Origin: Candidatus Parcubacteria bacterium
GTDB taxonomy: Bacteria; Patescibacteriota; Patescibacteriia; Patescibacteriales; UBA12075
Reading direction: 5' to 3'
Length of the DNA stretch: 64,000 nucleotides
Assembly: GCA_023142915.1 (NCBI GenBank)
Contig: JAGLIO010000001.1
Coordinates: 126-64,125, forward strand
Below the pieces are notes generated by a model. It did no database searches. It was not told the DNA's origin and saw nothing but the letters and a program-made list of their open reading frames with translations. The stretch's first letter is position 1, and each line of letters opens with the position of its first letter. Below are positions 1 to 10,516 of this stretch, piece by piece. The position numbers and the translations under genes were made by a program.

Positions 1-314
1 TTTTCTTTAAAGCCAAAATCTAAATAGTTTTTTACCAAAGTAAATAACTTTCTTTTAGTATTTTTTTCGCTATTAGTCTTAACAATAGCTGAACTTAAAC
101 CGATAAAAACTTCGTCAAGCACTTCTTGATAAATTTCCACCTTGCCGGTGAAATGATAATACAAAGCTCCCTTTGTAATGTTAACTTTTTTAGCAATATC
201 GCTCATGGAGACACCCAAATAGCTATAATCCGAAAAAAGCTGACGAGCGATATCAATAATTTGTTTTTTGGTGTCTTGAATAATATCTTGTTTTTGTGTT
301 TTAATAATTCTCAT
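1..314 (-). CDS. TetR/AcrR-family transcriptional regulator (5'-complete, 3' end runs off window start)
   Basis: Reverse-strand translation from ATG at 312-314 gives MRIIKTQKQDIIQDTKKQIIDIARQLFSDYSYLGVSMSDIAKKVNITKGALYYHFTGK..., a classic TetR N-terminal HTH (GVSMSDIAKKVNITKGALYYHF). No stop is reached before position 1. Confidence 0.8.
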   Translation of the reverse strand, partial: MRIIKTQKQDIIQDTKKQIIDIARQLFSDYSYLGVSMSDIAKKVNITKGALYYHFTGKVEIYQEVLDEVFIGLSSAIVKTNSEKNTKRKLFTLVKNYLDFGFKE

Positions 315-339
315 AATTTTATTATTATAAATTAAGCTA

Positions 340-355
340 CTAACCGAGCGGTTAG
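340..355. promoter_or_regulatory. 7-bp inverted repeat (ctaaccg-ag-cggttag) immediately upstream of the TetR start; candidate operator
   Basis: Perfect 7-2-7 palindrome 26 bp upstream of the TetR ATG. TetR regulators typically bind palindromic operators in their own promoter. Confidence 0.35.
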
Positions 356-583
356 CAGATATTTATATCTTATTCTATAACAAAAAAAATGTCAACTATG
401 TGCGCGCGCCATGTTCGTAGGGTGAATTTACGCATACTCTTAAATTATCCACAACCTTTTTATCAATATTTCTTAAAAATCAAAAAACACCTCAAATACA
501 GAGATGCTTTTTGATGTGGCGGAGAATGCATTTATTCACAAGTAAAAAGATAGCTAATTTTAAATAATTCCGTAAAATTAAAA

Positions 584-2020
584 TCACCACACCGTCTTCA
601 AAATACTCCGTATATCATCTTTCTTAATCGCGCCTGAAATGAATATTAATAGCAAATAAGCAAAAGCCCCTATGGACATCAAAATTAAAATTGGAAATTG
701 ATTTTTAAAATACATAATTAAAAATCCCATAGCTACTGCTGACGCGCAAGATTTGATAAAAATTAAAGCTACTTTTTTTATATTAAATTTCGTAATTGAC
801 GGCACAACTGACGCGCCAAGAATAAACATTAAAAAATTTGTTGCCAAAACCGTAATACTTGCGCCAATAGCTTGGTATTTTGTAATTAAAATAATATTTA
901 AACATATGCTGGCAATCAAAGTGATTGCCATATTCCTAGTGTTAATTTTTTGCCGATCACAAGCGTTTAAAAGCGCGCCAATCGGAAAATTAACAAAAAT
1001 AAAAAAAAGACTCCCGATTATAATTTGCAAGGGAATAACAGCCGCCATATATTCCGGCTTAAAAATAAGCAAAATTTTATCGGCCAAGACTATGACCCCA
1101 GCGCTAATCGGCAGACTGATAACAATCAAATAATTCAGCGCCCTTGTAAAAGATATTGATAATTGCTCTTTATTTGATTTCCAATATGACGAAAATGCCG
1201 GATAAAGCGATGCCATAAAAGCCAAAGGCAGAAATTGCAAAGCAAATACTATTTTAAAAGGTATTTGATAAAGACCCACATAATAATCTGAAGCCAGTTT
1301 TGATAAAAGCACGGTATCAAAATACATGTAAAAACGCTGCAATATGGCAAAAAGCGCGAAAGGAATTGTTAAGGTTGCCAGCGATCTTATGAAACGCGGA
1401 TTATAATTAAGTTTAATATTTATTTTCCACTTAAACCTAATTAAACTTGAAGAAAAAAGAAAATTAAATATACTGCCAGCTATCATAGCGCCCATTAAAA
1501 ACAAAAGTCCCAAATTCATTTTTAAGACAACCAAACCGATAGTTAAAGCGATTAACTGAAACAAGATGCTGGCAATACTTTCAAATTTTAAATTATGAAA
1601 ACCGCGAATTGTGGAAAAAAAAGTCGTGCTAAAAGAATCCAAAACCATTGCAAAACACGACAAATAAACTAAATACTTTGTGATTTGCGGATATGCCAAA
1701 ATATTTACCAAAAAAACCACAACCGCGATAGACATAAGAGCCAAAGGCAATTTTATGGCAACAACCGAACCGAGTATCTTCTCAACTTCTTTTATTTTTT
1801 CCTTGACTTTAGGCACCTCCCGCATTAAGACATTGGAAAGCCCTAAATCAATAAAAATCGCGAAAATAGTAGTAAAAGAAATAGCAAAATAATATTTGCC
1901 CAAATCACTAGGCAATAAATTGCGGGCGATAATCGTAAAATAACTAAAACTTATTATTTTTTGAACGATTAAGGCTAAAGTGAAATACGATGTGTTTTTC
2001 GCGATATTTAAAATTTTCAT
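584..2020 (-). CDS. polytopic membrane protein, polysaccharide/oligosaccharide flippase (Wzx/MOP-superfamily-like)
   Basis: 478 aa, highly hydrophobic with about 12-14 predicted TM segments. Composition and length are typical of MOP flippases. There is no enzymatic motif. Confidence 0.55.
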   Translation of the reverse strand: MKILNIAKNTSYFTLALIVQKIISFSYFTIIARNLLPSDLGKYYFAISFTTIFAIFIDLGLSNVLMREVPKVKEKIKEVEKILGSVVAIKLPLALMSIAVVVFLVNILAYPQITKYLVYLSCFAMVLDSFSTTFFSTIRGFHNLKFESIASILFQLIALTIGLVVLKMNLGLLFLMGAMIAGSIFNFLFSSSLIRFKWKINIKLNYNPRFIRSLATLTIPFALFAILQRFYMYFDTVLLSKLASDYYVGLYQIPFKIVFALQFLPLAFMASLYPAFSSYWKSNKEQLSISFTRALNYLIVISLPISAGVIVLADKILLIFKPEYMAAVIPLQIIIGSLFFIFVNFPIGALLNACDRQKINTRNMAITLIASICLNIILITKYQAIGASITVLATNFLMFILGASVVPSITKFNIKKVALIFIKSCASAVAMGFLIMYFKNQFPILILMSIGAFAYLLLIFISGAIKKDDIRSILKTVW

Positions 2021-2025
2021 TTGGA

Positions 2026-3621
2026 TTAAATTAAACTTTTACCGGCCATTTCCTCGGGTTTCTTAATACCTAGTATTTTTAATATTGTCGGAGCAATATC
2101 GGATAATATACCCTGAGACTTAATCAGACTTAAGTCATTATTGGGAACATCTTTCCAGCCAAAATTCCTTCCTGCATAATCGTTGCCAACCAAAATAAAC
2201 GGAACAGGATTGGCAGTATGCTCTTTGTCCATTCTGCCCATTTGCATATTAAACATAACTTCCGCGTTTCCATGATCAGCGGTAATTATTGCCAAGCCGT
2301 TTTGCTTTAATATTGCCTTAACAACTTTTTCCAAACACTCATCAATACTTTCTATCGCCTTAATTGCCGCTTTAATATTTCCGGTATGCCCGACCATATC
2401 GCAATTGGCAAAATTCACCAAAATAAAATCATACTTATCTTCATTAATATATTGCGTTATTTTTTTTGTTACTTCGCGTGCCGACATCTCGGGTTTCTGA
2501 TCGTAGCTTGAAACCGCCGGCGAAGGAATAAGGATATGATCTTCTCCTGGATTTTTTTCTTCATGTCCGCCGTTAAAAAAATAAGTGACATGCGCGTATT
2601 TTTCCGTTTCCGCTATTCGCAGTTGTTTTAATCCATTTTGCGATAATACGTCTCCCAAAGTAATTGTTATTATATCTTGCGGAAAAGCTACTTTTGCAGG
2701 CAAATATTTTTCATATTCGGTAAAACTTACGAAACAAAGATTTTTTAATAAACGAGAACGTTTAAATCCGGTAAAAGACGATGAAACAAAAGCTTTGGTT
2801 AGCTGTCTAGCTCTGTCAGACCTGTAATTAAAAAAAATAATCGCGTCATTATCATCTACTGCAATAAAATTTTTCTTATCATCGCTAATTACAGTAGGTA
2901 TAAATTCTTCATCAAAATTTTTCTTGCTATAACTGTCTGTTACCGCTCCCATGGCGGAATCGCTTATACTCCCCTTGCCGGCTGTCATTGCCAAATAGGC
3001 TCGCTCTGTTCTATCCCAGTTATTATTTCTATCCATTGCGTAAAAACGGCCTATTACGGAAACAATCTTGCCAAATTTATTTTTTTTCAATTTACGTTCA
3101 ATTTCTCTAATATAATTCTTACCGCTGTTAAACGGAGTGTCTCTTCCATCCAGTATTGCGTGAATATAAATCTCGGTAACATTATTTCGTTTTACCAGTT
3201 CCAGTAAGGCATGCAGATGGTCAATAGTTGAGTGAACAGCCCCGTTGGAGACAAGTCCGACTAAATGAAGTTTTGAATTGTTTTTTTTAACATGACTTAT
3301 GCTTTCCAATAAAATTTCATTATTAAAAAAACTTCCGTCTCCTATGTCCTTATTAATGCGGGATAAATCCTGGTACAAAATACGCCCCATCCCCAGATTA
3401 AGATGCCCGACCTCGCTATTTCCAGACTCCCCCCAAGGCAATCCGACTGCCTCGCCGGAGGCGCGCAATGTTGTTGCCGGATATTCGCTTAACAAGCTAT
3501 CATAAAAGGGAATATTGGCTTGCGTAATCGCGTTTCCGGGATAGTCTTGATTAATTCCCCAGCCATCCAAAATTATCAAAACCAATGGCTTCGGACGCTT
3601 ATTTTTATTAATATTATCCAT
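2026..3621 (-). CDS. gpmI: 2,3-bisphosphoglycerate-independent phosphoglycerate mutase (iPGM), copy 1
   Basis: N-terminal LVLIILDGWGI, the GNSEVGHLNLGMGR catalytic-Ser motif, and the C-terminal metal-binding block ITADHGNAE. Length 531 aa. Confidence 0.9.
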   Translation of the reverse strand: MDNINKNKRPKPLVLIILDGWGINQDYPGNAITQANIPFYDSLLSEYPATTLRASGEAVGLPWGESGNSEVGHLNLGMGRILYQDLSRINKDIGDGSFFNNEILLESISHVKKNNSKLHLVGLVSNGAVHSTIDHLHALLELVKRNNVTEIYIHAILDGRDTPFNSGKNYIREIERKLKKNKFGKIVSVIGRFYAMDRNNNWDRTERAYLAMTAGKGSISDSAMGAVTDSYSKKNFDEEFIPTVISDDKKNFIAVDDNDAIIFFNYRSDRARQLTKAFVSSSFTGFKRSRLLKNLCFVSFTEYEKYLPAKVAFPQDIITITLGDVLSQNGLKQLRIAETEKYAHVTYFFNGGHEEKNPGEDHILIPSPAVSSYDQKPEMSAREVTKKITQYINEDKYDFILVNFANCDMVGHTGNIKAAIKAIESIDECLEKVVKAILKQNGLAIITADHGNAEVMFNMQMGRMDKEHTANPVPFILVGNDYAGRNFGWKDVPNNDLSLIKSQGILSDIAPTILKILGIKKPEEMAGKSLI

Positions 3622-3625
3622 AAAA

Positions 3626-5206
3626 TTAAAATAAACTTGTCCCCGTCATTTCTTTGGGAGTTTTTTTATTTACAATTTTTAAAACAGTCGGCGCGATATC
3701 GCCTAATATGCCGTTTCTTTTTAATTTTATATTTTTCATATTTTTATTCACAACAACAAATGGAACAGGGTTGGTAGTATGTTCTGTGTGAATTTCTCCG
3801 GTTTTTAAATTCAACATTTTTTCAATATTTCCATGATCAGCCGTAATAACAATTGTTCCATTAACACTTAAATAAGCATCAACAATATCTGAAACGCATT
3901 TGTCAATTGTTTCACAGCATTTAATTCCAGCTTTAATATTTCCTGTGTGCCCGACCATATCAGGGGCGGCAAAATTCAATAAAGTAAAATCATATCTCCA
4001 AGACCTATCGCAGGAATTCTTTAAGCAAAGATTATCAATAACCTTTTTTGTTAATTTTTCCGAACTCATAGGGGGTGTCTGATCATAGGATTTAACATCC
4101 GGAGATGGAACCATATATTGTTCTTCATTGCCGATTTTTCCGGAATATCCGCCATTGAGAAAATAAGTTACATGCGCGTATTTTTCCGTTTCCGCAATAT
4201 ACAGCTGTCTTAAATCAGACAACACCATTGGCAAAGTGCCGCATAAATCTATTCCAGGATATGCTGTTAAAATATCATCAAGATCCGGGCCGAAATCAGT
4301 CATTGCCACAAAATACAAATGCTTTAGCTGTTTTTTTCTGCTGAACGAACCCTTGTTCATTTTCTTAAAATTATTTTGCACAAAAACTTTGGCTAACTGG
4401 CGGCTTCGGTCAGAACGCAAATTAAAAAATATCACGCTATCGCTATCGCTAATTCGCGAACTTTTTCCATTGTCTTCGCCGATTATGCATGGCTCTATAA
4501 ATTCGTCGCTATCGCCGCGATTATATGATTGCGTAATGGCATCTTGAGCATTTTTTGCCAAACGCCCTTTATTTAGAACTAACGCGTCATAAGCTTTCTC
4601 AGTTCTTTCCCATTTCTTTTTACGATCCATTGCGTAAAATCTGCCCATTATGGTTGATATTTTTTCATTATTAAAAAAATTCTTTTCCAAATCATCAACT
4701 AATTGCAAAGAGGCGTATTGCGGCGAATCACGGCCGTCAGTAAATAAATGCAAGCTGACATCTTCCACTTTATTTTTCTTAAGCAAATTCAAAATAGCGA
4801 TAAAATGGCTTGGGTCGCTGTGCGGACTTTGTCCGTTTGACAGCATGCCGATTATATGAATTTTTGAATTCATTTTGCGAGCGTGCCTAATCGCGCCTAA
4901 AAAAGCGGAATTCTTAAAAAAAGTTCCGTCTTTAATACTATTGCTTATTTTCACAACATCCTGCTCCACCAGCCTGCCTGCTCCGATATTCATATGCCCA
5001 GCCTCGCTATTTCCAACTTGCTTAATCGGCAAACCAACATGCTTGCCATGCGCGCGCAATTTTGTAAAAGAATATTTTTTAAACAAAGCGTCCAAAATAG
5101 GAGTTTTTGCCAAAGCAATCGCGTTGCCTTTATTTAACTTATCCATACCCCAGCCATCAAGTACTATTAATATTAGAGGTAGATTGTTATTTGTTTTTTT
5201 TGGCAT
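3626..5206 (-). CDS. gpmI: 2,3-bisphosphoglycerate-independent phosphoglycerate mutase (iPGM), copy 2 (diverged tandem paralog)
   Basis: LILIVLDGWGM, GNSEAGHMNIGAGR and ITADHGNIE motifs. Length 526 aa. Lies 4 bp downstream of copy 1 on the same strand. Confidence 0.9.
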   Translation of the reverse strand: MPKKTNNNLPLILIVLDGWGMDKLNKGNAIALAKTPILDALFKKYSFTKLRAHGKHVGLPIKQVGNSEAGHMNIGAGRLVEQDVVKISNSIKDGTFFKNSAFLGAIRHARKMNSKIHIIGMLSNGQSPHSDPSHFIAILNLLKKNKVEDVSLHLFTDGRDSPQYASLQLVDDLEKNFFNNEKISTIMGRFYAMDRKKKWERTEKAYDALVLNKGRLAKNAQDAITQSYNRGDSDEFIEPCIIGEDNGKSSRISDSDSVIFFNLRSDRSRQLAKVFVQNNFKKMNKGSFSRKKQLKHLYFVAMTDFGPDLDDILTAYPGIDLCGTLPMVLSDLRQLYIAETEKYAHVTYFLNGGYSGKIGNEEQYMVPSPDVKSYDQTPPMSSEKLTKKVIDNLCLKNSCDRSWRYDFTLLNFAAPDMVGHTGNIKAGIKCCETIDKCVSDIVDAYLSVNGTIVITADHGNIEKMLNLKTGEIHTEHTTNPVPFVVVNKNMKNIKLKRNGILGDIAPTVLKIVNKKTPKEMTGTSLF

Positions 5207-5368
5207 ATTTTATCTTTAAATTATGTAATTCAAAATTTACAGAATAAACCATTAAATTAATTATTATTTTTATGTCTTAATTATAACAAAGATGCTGAAT
5301 AATGCCAACAATATTTTAGGCCGCAGTTTGCAAAAACTGCTGCCTATTTCTTTTCTAATTTTTCGCCT

Positions 5369-5397
5369 TGACAACATACTACATAAATACTATTATG
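5369..5397 (+). promoter_or_regulatory. sigma70-like promoter (TTGACA - 17 bp - TATTAT) for clpB
   Basis: Consensus -35 at 5369-5374 and near-consensus -10 at 5392-5397 with a 17-bp spacer, about 60 bp upstream of the clpB ATG. Confidence 0.5.
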
Positions 5398-5400
5398 GAA

Positions 5401-5427
5401 TTAGCACTCAGGTGATGAGAGTGCTAA
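5401..5427 (+). promoter_or_regulatory. CIRCE element (HrcA operator) TTAGCACTC-N9-GAGTGCTAA
   Basis: Perfect match to the CIRCE consensus inverted repeat, between the -10 and the clpB start codon. Confidence 0.85.
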
Positions 5428-5455
5428 TTAAAAAACTAATAAATATAATACAAAT

Positions 5456-8089
5456 ATGTTTAATAAATTCACAAACAAATCGCAGGAAGCGATTATTAAC
5501 GCGCAAATTATCGCCCAGGATTATGGACAATCACAGATTGAAAGTTTGCATATTTTTGCCGCGCTTTTAACTCAAAGCCAGAGTTTAATCAAGCCTGTTT
5601 TGGAAAAATTAAAAATTTCACCCGAAGAAGTGGAAGATATGATTTTTAGAAAAATTGAAAATAGGCCAAAATCCCCTGCTCCGATGCGTGAAAACGTGGG
5701 AGCTGTTCAAGGCACGGCTGAAGTGGCAATGGTTTTGGAAAGAGCGAAAAAAGAAGCAGACCAAATGGGCGATGAATATATCTCCACCGAGCATATTCTT
5801 TTGGCTCTTATAGGCATCAAAAGCGAATCGCAGGAGATTCTTTTGCGCCTGGGAGTTGCTTATGAAAATGTTTTAAAAATATTAGCGGAATTGCGTGGCT
5901 CGCAAAAAGTTGACAGCCCCAATCCTGAAACCAAGTATAAGGTTTTAGAAAAATACGCAATTAATTTAACAGAACTGGCAAGACAAAAAAAACTGGATCC
6001 GGTAATCGGCAGAGACGAAGAAATTCGCAGAATAATGCAAGTTTTATCGCGGCGAACCAAAAACAACCCGGTTGTTATCGGCGAGGCAGGGACTGGAAAA
6101 ACCGCTATTGTTGAAGGATTGGCGCAAAGAATTGTTGACGGCGATGTTCCTGAAACTTTAAAAAATAAAGAATTAATCAGTCTTGATTTAGGCGCGCTGG
6201 TAGCCGGCGCGAAATTCAGGGGCGAATTTGAAGATCGCTTAAAAGCGGTTTTAAAAGAAATAAAATCGCGTGAAGGCGAAGTTATTTTGTTTATTGACGA
6301 ATTACACACAATCGTCGGAATTGGCGCTTCCGAAGGCGCGATGGACGCTTCCAATATGCTTAAGCCGGCTTTGGCGCGCGGAGAACTTAAAACAATCGGC
6401 GCCACTACAATTAAAGAATATCAAAAATATATTGAAAGAGACGCTGCTCTGGAAAGGCGTTTTCAGCCGATTTATGTTTCCGAGTCAAGCGCTGAAGACA
6501 CAATCGCGATTTTAAGAGGCATTAAGGAAAAATATGAAGTTCATCACGGAGTAAGAATTACCGATGATGCCATAATGTCCGCTGTTAAACTTTCTTCCAG
6601 ATACATAACCGACCGTTTTTTGCCTGACAAAGCGGTTGACTTGATTGATGAAGCCACAAGCGCGCTAAGAATGGAAATTGATTCAATGCCTGAGGATTTG
6701 GATAAATTAAAAAGAGAAATTAAAAGATTAAAAATTGAAAAAGCAGGATTGCAGCAAGAAAAGAAAAGCAATATTAAAATCAAGCATTTAAGCAAGCAAA
6801 TTGAAGAACTTAAAGAAAAAGCAGACCAAATTGAATTGCATTGGAATAATGAAAAAAATATTATTTCCAAAATCAGCAACAAGAAAAAAGAAATAGACGA
6901 GCTAAAGGCCAAGTCCGAAATTATTGAAAGGCTTGGCGAAGATTTAACTCAAGTCGCGGAAATCAGGTATGCGAAAATTCCAAATCTTGAAAAAGACGTA
7001 AAAAAACTGGAAATTGAATTATTAAATATCCAAAAAAAAGGACAGAGAATATTAAAAGAAGAAATTGACCATGAAGATATTGCCAAAGTCGTTGCCCGCT
7101 GGACAGGAATACCGGTTTCAAAAATGCTTGAATCTGAAATTAAAAAACTGGCAAAAGCCGAAATTGAATTGTCTAAGCGCGTTCGCGGACAAGATGACGC
7201 GATTAAATCCGTTGCCAACGCAATTCGCCGTTCACGAGCCGGAATATCCGAGGAGCAAAAACCAATCGGATCATTTTTATTTGTCGGACCGACCGGCGTT
7301 GGAAAAACCGAACTGGGCAAAACATTGGCGGAATTTATGTTTAACGATGAAAACGCGCTTGTAAGACTGGACATGAGCGAATTTATGGAAAAGCACAGCG
7401 TTGCCCGCATGATCGGCTCCCCTCCCGGATATATCGGGCATGAAGAAGGCGGACAATTAACTGAAAAAATCCGCCGCCGCCCTTACAGCGTAATTTTATT
7501 TGATGAAATTGAAAAAGCCCACCCTGAAGTATTTAATATTCTTTTGCAAATTCTAGACGATGGACGCTTAACAGACGCCAAAGGGCGGGTGGTTAATTTT
7601 AAGCATTCAATTATTATTATGACATCAAATCTTGGCAATGAAGTTATCAAGCAATATTCAATCGGGTTTTCCGATGACAGCGATAAAGAAGAAGCGGTTA
7701 AAACCAGGGATAGCGAGATGAAAGAAAAAATTGACACGATTCTTAAAGAAAATTTTAAGCTGGAATTTTTAAACAGGATTGACGAAATCGTAATATTTAA
7801 AAGCCTTAGCAAAAAAGTATTAACTGAAATAGTTGATCTTGAATTAAATAAACTTGAAAAAAGGCTGCTTGATAAAAATATCAAGCTTAAAATCGCCGCA
7901 AAAGTTAAAAAAATGCTTGCTGAAAAAGGCTATGATATTACTTTTGGCGCCCGTCCGCTAAAAAGAATTATTCAGAACTCAATTCTTGACGAATTGGCCT
8001 TGGAAATTATTGAAGGCAAAATAAAAGAAGGAAATAAAATATCAATTGATTTGGGAATTAAGGATGAGGTGTTAGTTAGAGTTAAATAA
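5456..8089 (+). CDS. clpB: ATP-dependent chaperone ClpB
   Basis: 877 aa. N-terminal Clp_N repeats, two AAA+ modules ([17 protein letters not shown]; [16 protein letters not shown]), and a long coiled-coil M-domain between them that is diagnostic of ClpB. Confidence 0.95.
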   Translation: MFNKFTNKSQEAIINAQIIAQDYGQSQIESLHIFAALLTQSQSLIKPVLEKLKISPEEVEDMIFRKIENRPKSPAPMRENVGAVQGTAEVAMVLERAKKEADQMGDEYISTEHILLALIGIKSESQEILLRLGVAYENVLKILAELRGSQKVDSPNPETKYKVLEKYAINLTELARQKKLDPVIGRDEEIRRIMQVLSRRTKNNPVVIGEAGTGKTAIVEGLAQRIVDGDVPETLKNKELISLDLGALVAGAKFRGEFEDRLKAVLKEIKSREGEVILFIDELHTIVGIGASEGAMDASNMLKPALARGELKTIGATTIKEYQKYIERDAALERRFQPIYVSESSAEDTIAILRGIKEKYEVHHGVRITDDAIMSAVKLSSRYITDRFLPDKAVDLIDEATSALRMEIDSMPEDLDKLKREIKRLKIEKAGLQQEKKSNIKIKHLSKQIEELKEKADQIELHWNNEKNIISKISNKKKEIDELKAKSEIIERLGEDLTQVAEIRYAKIPNLEKDVKKLEIELLNIQKKGQRILKEEIDHEDIAKVVARWTGIPVSKMLESEIKKLAKAEIELSKRVRGQDDAIKSVANAIRRSRAGISEEQKPIGSFLFVGPTGVGKTELGKTLAEFMFNDENALVRLDMSEFMEKHSVARMIGSPPGYIGHEEGGQLTEKIRRRPYSVILFDEIEKAHPEVFNILLQILDDGRLTDAKGRVVNFKHSIIIMTSNLGNEVIKQYSIGFSDDSDKEEAVKTRDSEMKEKIDTILKENFKLEFLNRIDEIVIFKSLSKKVLTEIVDLELNKLEKRLLDKNIKLKIAAKVKKMLAEKGYDITFGARPLKRIIQNSILDELALEIIEGKIKEGNKISIDLGIKDEVLVRVK

Positions 8090-8106
8090 GTTATATTTTC
8101 AATAAA

Positions 8107-8136
8107 AAATACCTGTTTAAGTAGGTATTTTTTGTT
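8107..8136 (+). terminator. rho-independent terminator after clpB (8-bp stem aaatacct/aggtattt + T-run)
   Basis: Hairpin at 8107-8130 followed by ttttgtt. The terminator together with the last ~25 bp of clpB is duplicated at 11318-11385. Confidence 0.6.
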
Positions 8137-8206
8137 CTCTAATTTTTTGTAAAAAAACCTAAAATAATGTATAATATTAATATCTTAAATAACTTTAAAA
8201 CTAATT

Positions 8207-9187
8207 ATGACTACTGCAAATTCAAGACAAATGACAACAGGCAAATCTTTTGAATATGCGCTTCTTGTTCAATTTGAAGAAAAACTAAAGGATAAAATCA
8301 ATCTTGAAGTTATAAAAAATTCATCTTTTGAAATTGCAAAAGGTTGTTTTGAGAATGTGAGTGGCGCAGAACAAAACGAATATCTACTTTCGGCTAGCTT
8401 TGCTGTTAATTTTCTCATGGACATAGAACCACGACTTTCAAATGATATTGGCAAAAGCGATATTTTACAACTTGAAATTTTATCAGATCAACACGGAAAA
8501 TCTGGTGATGTAAGAGATGTTTTAGCAATACGATTATTACAAAAATGGGAAATTGGCGTATCGGCTAAAAATAATCATCATGCGGTAAAACATTCTCGTT
8601 TATCTGCAAGTATTGATTTTGGTGAAAAATGGCTTGGTGTAAAAACATCCAAAGAATATTTTGATGTCGTTACTCCTATTTTTAAAAATCTTGAAAAAAT
8701 TAAAAAAGAAAGTAATGCAAAGAAAAAATGGAGCGAACTTGGCGACTATCATTCAACAATTTATGTCCCAATCTTGAAAGCTTTCATTAAAGAGTTGCAA
8801 CAACTTTATAAAAAAGATTCTACAAAAATTGCTTCAAGCTTAGTTGCATATCTTGTTGGGAATAAAGATTTTTATAAAGTTATAAAAAGTAAAAACAGCG
8901 TAGAAATACAAGCATATAATATCAACGGAACTTTAAATTTACCTTTTAAGAGCACTACCCCTAAATATAAAACACCTAAAATTCCGTTACCGACAAAAAT
9001 TACTGATATTGACTTCAAAAAAGGTAGTGACACAACTGTAATAGTTACAATGGATAACGACTGGACTCTTTCTTTTCGTATTCATAATGCTAGTTCTAAA
9101 GTTGAATCATCATTAAAGTTTGATATAAATCTTTTGAAATCACCAAAAAAATTATTTAAAAATACGTTAAATATAAGTCACGATTAA
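8207..9187 (+). CDS. putative Type II restriction endonuclease (partner of the downstream C5-methyltransferase)
   Basis: 326-aa ORF with no recognisable motif. Its stop is 2 bp before the C5-MTase start, the operon arrangement typical of R-M pairs. The size is close to what I recall for R.HaeIII (~317 aa); that is an inference only. Confidence 0.5.
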   Translation: MTTANSRQMTTGKSFEYALLVQFEEKLKDKINLEVIKNSSFEIAKGCFENVSGAEQNEYLLSASFAVNFLMDIEPRLSNDIGKSDILQLEILSDQHGKSGDVRDVLAIRLLQKWEIGVSAKNNHHAVKHSRLSASIDFGEKWLGVKTSKEYFDVVTPIFKNLEKIKKESNAKKKWSELGDYHSTIYVPILKAFIKELQQLYKKDSTKIASSLVAYLVGNKDFYKVIKSKNSVEIQAYNINGTLNLPFKSTTPKYKTPKIPLPTKITDIDFKKGSDTTVIVTMDNDWTLSFRIHNASSKVESSLKFDINLLKSPKKLFKNTLNISHD

Positions 9188-9189
9188 TT

Positions 9190-10167
9190 ATGAAAATAGT
9201 ATCTTTATTTACAGGTGCAGGCGGTCTTGATCTCGGCTTTGAAAAAGCTGGCTTTAGGGTTGTTTGGGCCAATGAGTTTGATAAAACAATTTGGAAAACA
9301 TTTGAACTGAATTTTCCGCATACAAAATTAGACAAACGAAGCATTGTTGATGTTAAGTCTATTGAAATACCAAAATCAGACGGAATTATTGGCGGACCTC
9401 CTTGCCAAAGTTGGAGTGAGGCAGGTGCTGGTCGTGGGATTGAAGACAAACGAGGTCAGCTTTTTCATGATTATATTCGTTTATTGAAAAAAAAACAACC
9501 TAAATTTTTTCTTGCCGAAAATGTTTCTGGCATTCTTAACCCAAAACATTCTGAAGCTTTTACAAATATAATCAAAAAATTTAAAAGTGCGGGTTATGAA
9601 ATATCGCAAAAATTACTAAATGCAAATGATTTTGATGTTCCGCAAGATCGCAAGCGTGTAATTGTCATTGGATATAGAAAAAATTTGAATAAAAAATTTG
9701 AATTTCCAGAAACACAAAAATATAAACCTGTTTTAAAAGACGCTATTTATGATTTAAGATTAGCTAAACCAGCAAAAGATAAAAACAAAACGAATGGTGA
9801 TAGTTTGAAAATTCCTAATCATGAATATATGAATGGAGGATTTTCTTCAATCTATATGTCCCGAAATCGTGTTCGTTCCTGGAACGAACCATCTTTTACA
9901 ATTCAGGCTGGTGGTCGCCATGCACCTATTCATCCACAAGCCCCCAAAATGAAATTTATTAGCCAGAATAAAAGAATTTTTATTCCCGGAAAAGAACATT
10001 TGTATCGTCGTTTATCAGTTCGGGAATGTGCAAGAATTCAAACTTTTCCCGACAATTTTATTTTTAAATATATAGATATAGCAGACGGCTATAAAATGGT
10101 TGGAAATGCTGTACCTGTAAATTTTGCAAAACGTATTGCACAAAAAATAATGAGTGATTTAAAATAA
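9190..10167 (+). CDS. DNA (cytosine-5)-methyltransferase, M.HaeIII-like (probable GGCC specificity)
   Basis: Motif [12 protein letters not shown], motif [11 protein letters not shown], motif VI FLAENV, motif [15 protein letters not shown], motif X GNAVPV. The variable region (KNKTNG...PNHEY...SxIxMSRNRVRxWNEPxFTxQAxGRxxxxHPQAP) and the overall 325-aa length match M.HaeIII as I recall it from memory. Confidence 0.88.
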   Translation: MKIVSLFTGAGGLDLGFEKAGFRVVWANEFDKTIWKTFELNFPHTKLDKRSIVDVKSIEIPKSDGIIGGPPCQSWSEAGAGRGIEDKRGQLFHDYIRLLKKKQPKFFLAENVSGILNPKHSEAFTNIIKKFKSAGYEISQKLLNANDFDVPQDRKRVIVIGYRKNLNKKFEFPETQKYKPVLKDAIYDLRLAKPAKDKNKTNGDSLKIPNHEYMNGGFSSIYMSRNRVRSWNEPSFTIQAGGRHAPIHPQAPKMKFISQNKRIFIPGKEHLYRRLSVRECARIQTFPDNFIFKYIDIADGYKMVGNAVPVNFAKRIAQKIMSDLK

Positions 10168-10305
10168 ATTATGTTTATAAAAACTTTACAAATTAAAAAT
10201 TTTGTAACTACTCAGGTTCTTTTGTTAAATAATCCTTATTCTAACCCGTCAAAATGAACAAAATTTATATTTTTGAAAAATTAATAAGAATATTAAACAA
10301 AAAAT

Positions 10306-10461
10306 AATGTTAAAAAACATAAAAAAACCCTATTTAATAATCACCTGTTTTATTATTTTTGCCTGTTTAAGCGCGGAATCGCTGGCGGCGGTTTTTGATC
10401 CTAATTATATAATCAGCGATGAAGAAATATTGGGCTCAGACTCAATGACGAGCGCGCAAAT
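10306..10461 (+). pseudogene. truncated duplicate of the 5' end (signal peptide region) of the secreted-protein gene at 13204
   Basis: About 115 bp nearly identical to 13211-13330 (MLKNIKKPYLIITCFIIFACLSAESLAAVFDPNYIISDEE...), then divergence and a stop after 51 codons. Confidence 0.6.
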
Positions 10462-10516
10462 TTGACTTTTGCCGTATCTTTTGCTAATTTATAATCAATA
10501 AATAATTTTACGGCTT

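Noticed and set aside
395-412. GC-rich gcgcgcgc tract in the TetR upstream region
   Set aside because: Conspicuous in an AT-rich genome but short, and not clearly palindromic beyond the trivial alternation. Its function cannot be supported.
753-1892. Plus-strand ORFs 753..1133 and 1680..1892 inside the flippase gene
   Set aside because: They are antisense to a long membrane-protein ORF with no supporting signals.
5292-5570. 92-aa plus-strand ORF upstream of and overlapping clpB
   Set aside because: It spans the clpB promoter and CIRCE element and overlaps the clpB start in another frame, so it is most likely spurious.
5860-7884. Several 100-180-aa minus-strand ORFs inside clpB (5860..6405, 6544..6912, 6949..7410, 7483..7884)
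   Set aside because: They are antisense to a highly conserved clpB and have low-complexity Ser/Leu-rich translations typical of AT-rich antisense frames.
10170-10516. Possible promoter or mobile-element boundary after the M.HaeIII-like gene
   Set aside because: It contains the truncated duplicate (10306-10461) but no inverted terminal repeats, integrase or transposase, so I describe it as a segmental duplication rather than a mobile element.
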